DNA from: an uncultured Gemmatimonadales bacterium
GTDB taxonomy: Bacteria; Gemmatimonadota; Gemmatimonadetes; Gemmatimonadales; GWC2-71-9
Assembly: GCA_963722825.1 (NCBI GenBank)
Contig: CAVROI010000003.1
Coordinates: 983,764-1,047,763, forward strand
Length of the DNA: 64,000 bases
Direction of reading: 5' to 3'
The position numbers and the translations under genes are program-made. Of the stretch, positions 59,001 to 64,000 are shown piece after piece. Under the pieces are notes generated by a model. The model worked only from the letters and a program-made list of their open reading frames with translations, was not told where the DNA came from and made no database searches. Every line of letters starts with the position of its first letter. Within the stretch, counting starts at the first letter, position 1.

Positions 59001-59166
59001 CGGCGGTATCGGATTGCACGCCGAGCATCGCATCGGCGACACGCGCTTCGTCACCCGGTTCGACCTGCCGCTCTTCGTCAGCCGGCCTCGTCTTGCCCAG
59101 GACCGGATGCCGGACGACGACCGGCTCGCGTTCCGCTGGGTCTTCAGCTTCCAGCCCGCGCTCTAG
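56086..59166 (+). CDS. M1-family zinc metallopeptidase domain fused to an Omp85/surface-antigen-like C-terminal beta-barrel
   Basis: HELGHNY followed 18 residues later by E in WLDEGFTSF (HEXXH-X18-E). C-terminal about 400 aa has alternating beta-strand patterns, GGAGLRGI, AAFTDLAQA, GIGLHAE, and ends FSFQPAL. Start codon uncertain. Confidence 0.8.
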   Translation: MPDRSGRAYVSGRCRLAVVTLTAESSVILPALLALQQAVAPDPKAPYWQQEVAYEITARLDEPKGVLSGAERVRYLNRSPDTLRTFSLHLYLNAFRPGSRWADADSVEGKRRFNDLRDPDFAFNHVRDVRIMGEAVEASYPFAPDSTVVRFDLPRPLAPGDSMVVDMEWDARPSTVPRRQGRAGRRFDFAQWYPKVVVYDRFGWEEHPLYPAGEFYGEFGTFLVDLDVPDDQVVGATGVPVCGDPGWERANRDPQRPVEYQRDYYGAATPPADSCDGAGAGRKRIRWYAENVHHFAMSLNPEYRYEGGHFGNVAVHVLYQPGDEKTWGQGVAVQRTEAALAWLDQLYGPFGWPQISNVHRIEGGGTEFPMMIHNGSADQGLIVHELGHNYTMGLLANNEWREGWLDEGFTSFQTSWFWEVAGKPSTYPEDEAEILQLDLDDLSEPPSLVAEKYRDFTSYNLAIYSRGELFFHQLRDIVGDETMHRILGTFYERWKYKHVDEAAFRAVAEEVSGQDLSTLFAQFLHTTDLYDYAVGRVKTRRTAATREGTPGWVTSVEVRRRAPGQIPVDVAVIAEGDTALVRTDGLATREWVDIETRTRPREVLVDPRVRAHDWNMLNNRRQLRFSWARLIAPFPGTDIYFHRYFSTRSRRDRLTMGVQPTVWYNDAGGVTLGIRSRTDYFGRFEQNVSLVSQPTGVGTDNDVGGPDFFLRVRNPTFLRAPNLSQTLDVFNVEGRYGARIEVERTSREHLAFGPTRTSGIVLQWVHPDDFDYLDPGYYENVGTVELALTRGITTRSGAWQLAARSSVGGGLAYNRNGLAASGRADLDPFYFHGTVEGSAKRALGRYFRFGARLYAGVGAGNDEAPKQRQIYLQGADPLEQLANPFLRSRGALLVGDDFRYQMPGGAGLRGIDPRVSTASVVALNLELERTMVTRRKARLFNRIAVAAFTDLAQAIGGSAQPLIGDRIRFLADGGIGLHAEHRIGDTRFVTRFDLPLFVSRPRLAQDRMPDDDRLAFRWVFSFQPAL

Positions 59167-62100
59167 CCCGCCGCGGCGCGGTGCGCCGCACCTCGACGGT
59201 GTGCGGCAAGCCGTCGTCGGTCAGGGTGACGGCGTTTCCCTCGAGCAGCCGTCCGTCGAGCGTCACCTCGGCGGTGTGGCCCTCGCTCCCGTCGGGATTG
59301 GTGAAGGCGATCGAGTAGACGCTGCCGCCGTGCCGATACTCGATGCGAAATTGCCGCCATTCCACCGGCACGCACGGATCGATCGTCAGGGTATCGCCTG
59401 CCTTGCGGAAGCCGAGAATGTTCTCCAGCCCGATGCGGTACATCCAGCTCGCCGATCCGGTGTACCAGGTCCAGCCGCCGCGGCCCAGCTGCCCCGCCGC
59501 GGTGTAGACGTCGGCCGCGACGACATACGGCTCGACCTTATAGATCTCGATCTGCTCCCGCGTCGCCGCGTGAGTCAGCGGGTTGATCATCTGATAGAGC
59601 TGGAAGGCCCGATCGCCGTACCGGCGGAGCGCGGTGGCGAGGACGACCCAGAGGGCGGCGTGGCTATACTGGGCGCCGTTCTCTCGCACGCCGGGCAGGT
59701 ACCCCTTGATGTAGCCCGGGTCGAGCGGCGTCGTGTCGAACGGGGGCGTCAGGAGCATCAGCAGCCGCGCGTCCTCGCGCACCAGATGCTCCTCCAGCGA
59801 GCGCATCGCCAGGCGCTGCCGCTCGCCCGCTCCGGCTGCCGAGATGACGCTCCAGGTCTGCGCGATGGAATCGATGCGGCACTCCGCGCCGGAGCTCGTG
59901 CCCAGCGGCGTGCCGTCGTCGAAGTACGCGCGGCGGTACCAGGCGCCGTCCCACCCGCTGGACTCCACCGCCACCGCATAGGCATCGGCCTGGCGGCGGA
60001 GATCGGTGCCCGCGTCGGCGTCACCCCGATGATCGGCGTGGTCGGCGAAGAGGCGGAGCGTTCGTATCAGGAACCAGCCCAGCCAGACGCTTTCGCCCTT
60101 GCCCTCGACGCCCACGCGGTTCATTCCATCGTTCCAGTCGCCGATGCCGATGAGCGGAAGCCCGTGACCCCCCGTCGTGCAGGCTTGTCTCAGCGCGCGC
60201 AGGCAGTGCTCGTACACCGTCGCCCGTTCCGCGGTCACCTCGGGCAGATCGTAGATCTCGTGCTCGTGCGGCTCGAGCCGCCGCATGGCGAGGAACGGGA
60301 CTTGCTCGTCGAGCACCGAGCGATCGCCGGTGACGCGGACGTAGTGATCGACGACGTACGGCAGCCAGGCGAGATCATCGGAAAAGCGGGTACGCACGCC
60401 GCGACCGGTCTCCGGATGCCACCAGTGCTGGACGTCTCCCTCCTGGAACTGGCGCGCCGCGGCACGGATGACGTGCTCGCGCGCGAGTCCGGGCTCCGCG
60501 TACACGAACGCCATGACGTCCTGCAGCTGATCCCGGAACCCATAGGCGCCGCCGCTCTGGTAGAGCGCGGACCGCGCCCACATGCGGCAGGCGAGCGCCT
60601 GGTAGAGCGTCCACCGGTTGAGCATGGCGTCGAACGCAGGGTCTGGAGTCCGGACGGTGATGACGGAGAGCCGGTCCGACCATGCCGCCAGTGATCGGGC
60701 CACGGCCTCCCTCGCGCGTCCGACGTCCCGATACTCCGCGACAACCCGCCTCGCCTCGTCTTCGCCGGCGACCGCGCCGAGGATGACGACGATCTCGCGG
60801 GTCTCTCCCGGGGCCAGCTCGAGCACGCACTGCTGGGCGGCGCATGGGTCGAGCCCACCGCCGGTCGTTCCCGCGAGGGCCGCGTGTCGCAGCCCGGCGG
60901 GATCCGCCATCGTGCCGTTGCGGCCGATGAACTCGAGCCGGTCGGCGGTATGGCTGGTCACCGTCTCGCTGATCGCCTGGAAGGCGACATGACCGGCAAA
61001 CTGGCTGTCGAAGGAGTTCCTGGCGAAGATCGCTCCGTATTGCCCCTCGTAGCTGGTGCAGACCTGGTGTTGCGTATGCTCGCGCATCACACCCAGCGTC
61101 CATTCCGCGTAGGCCGTGAGGGTGAGATGGCGGCGGCGGCGATCGTGATTGGTGAGGCGGAGGATGGAAATGCGCACGGGGTCGTCCGCCGCCATGCCGA
61201 GCGTCAGCTCCGAGGCGATGCCCGCGTACTCGTGGGTGAAGGTGGAGCTTCCGGCCGAATGGCGAACGGTGAACGCCGCATCGTGCCGCGTGGGCGCGGG
61301 CGTCGCGCTCCAGCGGTCGCCCGTGTCGTCGTCGCGGAGGTAGATGCACTCCGTGACCGGGTCGCTCACCGGGTCGTTATGCCAGGGGGTGAGCCGGAGA
61401 AAGTAGCTGTTCTCGGCCCAGGTAAAGCCGGCGCCACGCTCGCTCACGATGAAGCCGCCGCGCGGATTCGCAATGACGTTGGTCCATGGCGCCGGGGGCA
61501 CGCGGTCGCCGTGGACCCGGATCAGGTAATCGCCGTCGGCCGTGAGGCCGCCGTAGCCGTTGTCGAAAGCGAGGGGGATTGGTGCTGGTGTCGCTGGCGT
61601 GACGGGCCGCGGCTGCCGGGAAACCCGCCGCTCGAAGGGCGGCGGCGGCTGAGCGGGAGTCGTCTCGGCCTCGCCCATTTCGAGCTCGTCGGGCTTCTCG
61701 ACGGCGGCCAGCAGCCGCGAGAGCGAGCGGCCGTCGCACGGGATGTGGAGTCGAGCCGTCGCGCGCAGCATGAGGAGATCGCCGGCTTCGAGCAGGTCAC
61801 GGCGGCGGACGAAGATGCCTCCCGGCTTCTCGAGCGAGTCGGCGCCCGCCACGGAGTAGATCGCCGCGACGATCTCGTCGTGCACCTCCTGGAAATAACT
61901 CGTTCGCTGGGCGTTCAGCACGACGATGTCCACCGTCATGCCACGCCGCCGCCAGTAGCGGTGTGCCGCGAACAACTGCCGCAACGTCGTGAGCCCCGCC
62001 TTCGAGTCGATCGTCGCGAGCACGATCGGCCAGTCGCCGGAAACCCCATTCGCCCAGAGCCGATCGCGTGACCCGCGATTCTTCCGGAGGTCCTCCTGCG

Positions 62101-64000
62101 ACGCACGGATGGCGGGATTGGAGAAGAAGAGATGGCCCGCGAGCTCCTGGTACGCCGCCGCGTCGGCGGGGCCGAGATTGAGATCGCGCAGCTCCACCTG
62201 AGTGGCGGTCCACGCCAGATCGAGCGCGCGCTGTGCCGCGTGGGGATCATGGTAGCGGCCGGCCAGCTCGAAGGCACGCTCCCGGGTCGTGGCGACGAGC
62301 GTGGTGAAGGCCACGGTGGCCGACTGGCCGGGCCGGATTCGCGCGCGGGCGCGCAGAGCGAAGATCGGATCCAGCACGGCGCCGGTGGTATTGCTCAGGA
62401 CACCGTCGGCTTCGAGGGCCTTGGGATCCCGTGTCGAACGCCCCCGGCCGACGAACCGGGCCCGGTCGGTTTCGCAGCTCACCGGGCCGACGCGCTCCTT
62501 GTCGGTGGCGACCACGTGAACGCACCAGCGCGGGGGCTCCGTGGCCGACCGGGGGCGCCGCGTCGCCGTGATCGCCGTACACCACTCGTGCCATTCGGTC
62601 TCGACGAAGAGATTGGCGAAGGCGGGATGGGCCCGCTCGGCGTCGGGCGTCGCGAGGACGATTTCCCCGTAACTGGTCACTTCGATCTCGCGTGTCTCGT
62701 CTCCGGTGTTCGTTACGGTGACCCGGCGCACCTCGGCCGCGTCGGCGGGAACCACCGCGATCTCGGTCCTGGTCTCGATGTCGCCATCGGTGCGCTCGAA
62801 CGTGACGCGATCGGTGGCGAGACGCGCGCAATAGCGATCGGCCGCCGCGCACACCGGCTGGTGTGCGGCCGACCACGCCCGGCCGCGCGTGACATCCTTC
62901 AGATAGCAGAACTGCCCCGCATGGTCACGGGTGCCGTCGGCGCGCCACCGGGTGACGGCCAGGTCCTCGTAGCGGCTGTACCCGCCGCCGGCATTGGTCA
63001 CCATGATGGTGTACGGCAGATGGCCGAGGAGAGCCACGCGGGGCTGTGGCGTATCGGCGGTGTCGAGCTCCCGGACCGATGGCCGGTCGACCTCGGGATC
63101 GGGGCGCGCCTCGTCCGCCCGCGTCGATTGGGGCTCCTGAAGAACGAGCCGGCGCGGCAAGCGCTCGTGCAGGAGCAGCTCGGCGGACCGGACCATGGGG
63201 TCGGCGTGGAATCGGCGCTGCCACGTTTGGCCCTGGAGCGCGCCGGCCAGCGCCACGAGACCCATCCCGAGGTGATGCGCCATGTACGTACCGACCACGG
63301 CGTAGGTCCGCCCGGGTTGCGGCCGGGTGTAGTCGAGCGCGTCCCGAAAGCCGTATGGGCCCAGCGCGCCGCGCTGTTCCAGCGTCTCGAGGTTGGCCAG
63401 CGCGCGCTCGGGATCCACCAGCACCGCGAGCAGCGAGGCGTACGGGGCGATCACGAGATCGCGGCCCAGCCCGCGCTTGAGCGCGAGATCGGGAACGCCG
63501 AATGCCCGGTACTGATAGGTCAGGTGCCGGTCGCGCAGGTTGTAGGCGCTCTCGCTCACGCCCCAGGGGACTCCGTGCTCGGCGCCGTGGGCAATGTGGC
63601 GGCGGACCGCTCCGTGATAGGTCTGGTCCAGCAGCGTGAAGGGGAAGGACTGCATGACCAGCACCGGCATCAGATATTCGAACATGCTGCCGCTCCACGA
63701 CACCAGCGCCGTTTCACCCGCGGCGTGGGTGAGCGTGCGGCCGAGACGAAACCAGTGATCCGCCGGCACGTCGCCCTTCGCCACCGCCACGAAGCTGGCC
63801 AGCCGAGCCTCGGAGGCGAGCAGGTCGTAGTAGGACGGGTCCAGAACGTGGGTGCCCTGCTGATAGCCGATGGCGAAGAGCTTGCGGCTCTCGTCGAAGA
63901 GGAAGTGGAAATCCATCTCCATCACGTAGGCGAACGCGCGCTCCGCGATCGCCGCGAGGCGGGGCCCGAGCTCGGTGCCGGCCGGCGCTCCGGGACCGAG
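59144..64000 (-). CDS. GH94 / cyclic beta-1,2-glucan synthase (NdvB/Cgs)-like protein, C-terminal 1618 codons; 5' end beyond window
   Basis: ORF stays open to position 64000 (the 25 codons upstream of the track start have no stop). Glycoside-phosphorylase-like motifs (DWNDGMN, GGAYGFRDQLQD) and large size. Confidence 0.85.
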   Translation of the reverse strand, partial: LGPGAPAGTELGPRLAAIAERAFAYVMEMDFHFLFDESRKLFAIGYQQGTHVLDPSYYDLLASEARLASFVAVAKGDVPADHWFRLGRTLTHAAGETALVSWSGSMFEYLMPVLVMQSFPFTLLDQTYHGAVRRHIAHGAEHGVPWGVSESAYNLRDRHLTYQYRAFGVPDLALKRGLGRDLVIAPYASLLAVLVDPERALANLETLEQRGALGPYGFRDALDYTRPQPGRTYAVVGTYMAHHLGMGLVALAGALQGQTWQRRFHADPMVRSAELLLHERLPRRLVLQEPQSTRADEARPDPEVDRPSVRELDTADTPQPRVALLGHLPYTIMVTNAGGGYSRYEDLAVTRWRADGTRDHAGQFCYLKDVTRGRAWSAAHQPVCAAADRYCARLATDRVTFERTDGDIETRTEIAVVPADAAEVRRVTVTNTGDETREIEVTSYGEIVLATPDAERAHPAFANLFVETEWHEWCTAITATRRPRSATEPPRWCVHVVATDKERVGPVSCETDRARFVGRGRSTRDPKALEADGVLSNTTGAVLDPIFALRARARIRPGQSATVAFTTLVATTRERAFELAGRYHDPHAAQRALDLAWTATQVELRDLNLGPADAAAYQELAGHLFFSNPAIRASQEDLRKNRGSRDRLWANGVSGDWPIVLATIDSKAGLTTLRQLFAAHRYWRRRGMTVDIVVLNAQRTSYFQEVHDEIVAAIYSVAGADSLEKPGGIFVRRRDLLEAGDLLMLRATARLHIPCDGRSLSRLLAAVEKPDELEMGEAETTPAQPPPPFERRVSRQPRPVTPATPAPIPLAFDNGYGGLTADGDYLIRVHGDRVPPAPWTNVIANPRGGFIVSERGAGFTWAENSYFLRLTPWHNDPVSDPVTECIYLRDDDTGDRWSATPAPTRHDAAFTVRHSAGSSTFTHEYAGIASELTLGMAADDPVRISILRLTNHDRRRRHLTLTAYAEWTLGVMREHTQHQVCTSYEGQYGAIFARNSFDSQFAGHVAFQAISETVTSHTADRLEFIGRNGTMADPAGLRHAALAGTTGGGLDPCAAQQCVLELAPGETREIVVILGAVAGEDEARRVVAEYRDVGRAREAVARSLAAWSDRLSVITVRTPDPAFDAMLNRWTLYQALACRMWARSALYQSGGAYGFRDQLQDVMAFVYAEPGLAREHVIRAAARQFQEGDVQHWWHPETGRGVRTRFSDDLAWLPYVVDHYVRVTGDRSVLDEQVPFLAMRRLEPHEHEIYDLPEVTAERATVYEHCLRALRQACTTGGHGLPLIGIGDWNDGMNRVGVEGKGESVWLGWFLIRTLRLFADHADHRGDADAGTDLRRQADAYAVAVESSGWDGAWYRRAYFDDGTPLGTSSGAECRIDSIAQTWSVISAAGAGERQRLAMRSLEEHLVREDARLLMLLTPPFDTTPLDPGYIKGYLPGVRENGAQYSHAALWVVLATALRRYGDRAFQLYQMINPLTHAATREQIEIYKVEPYVVAADVYTAAGQLGRGGWTWYTGSASWMYRIGLENILGFRKAGDTLTIDPCVPVEWRQFRIEYRHGGSVYSIAFTNPDGSEGHTAEVTLDGRLLEGNAVTLTDDGLPHTVEVRRTAPRRARARAGS

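Noticed and set aside
57121-60694. ORFs 57121..59028 (-) and 58913..60694 (+) opposite the M1 peptidase and NdvB-like genes
   Set aside because: They are antisense shadow ORFs with low-complexity charged/Arg-rich composition.

Overview
64 kb of high-G+C bacterial chromosome, roughly 65-70% G+C by eye, with several visibly lower-G+C patches. The protein families (tandem Ser/Thr kinases with TPR tails, PF07638-type ECF sigma factor, RCC1-repeat lipoproteins) suggest a Gemmatimonadota/Acidobacteriota-like soil organism; this is inference only. All calls come from reading the ORF translations and the DNA by eye, with no searches run.

I support about 55 protein-coding genes or gene remnants. I recognised no rRNA, tRNA, CRISPR array, integrase or complete IS.

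Gene content, in order:
- a sigma54 activator, then an Fe-S/hydrogenase-like GGDEF cyclase, an unknown 248-aa protein and a membrane HD-GYP phosphodiesterase
- a 1100-aa SARP/BTAD-ATPase-TPR (STAND-like) regulator in a lower-G+C patch
- a gamma-glutamyltransferase
- an ECF41-type sigma factor with a DoxX-like protein
- an ECF sigma factor followed by two tandem Ser/Thr kinases (the first decayed), plus a third kinase paralog 2.6 kb further on
- small accessory genes (VOC/glyoxalase, SnoaL-like, DHFR-like, HXXEE, truncated aldo-keto reductase)
- two divergent cation/proton antiporters, one fused to a rhodanese domain that carries an in-frame TGA
- a haloalkane dehalogenase and an SPFH/band-7 operon
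- MoxR and atpZ-I-B-E-F-H
- an Lrp/EamA pair, a DPP-IV-type S9 peptidase and a solitary IS200/RAYT-like Y1 transposase
- an M1 peptidase fused to an Omp85-like barrel
- the C-terminal 1618 codons of a GH94/NdvB-like glucan synthase, which runs off the window

I did not find a clear-cut new defence or biosynthetic system. The items most worth a second look are:
1. the hydrogenase-like Fe-S sensor fused to GGDEF, and its neighbourhood
2. the ECF-sigma/kinase paralog set
3. the TGA at a probable Cys position in the rhodanese loop
4. long hairpins built from short tandem repeats, one of them inside the atp operon
5. short repeat families and duplicated gene ends or terminators that bracket lower-G+C or accessory segments
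6. frameshift lesions concentrated in a few genes, including two compensating pairs
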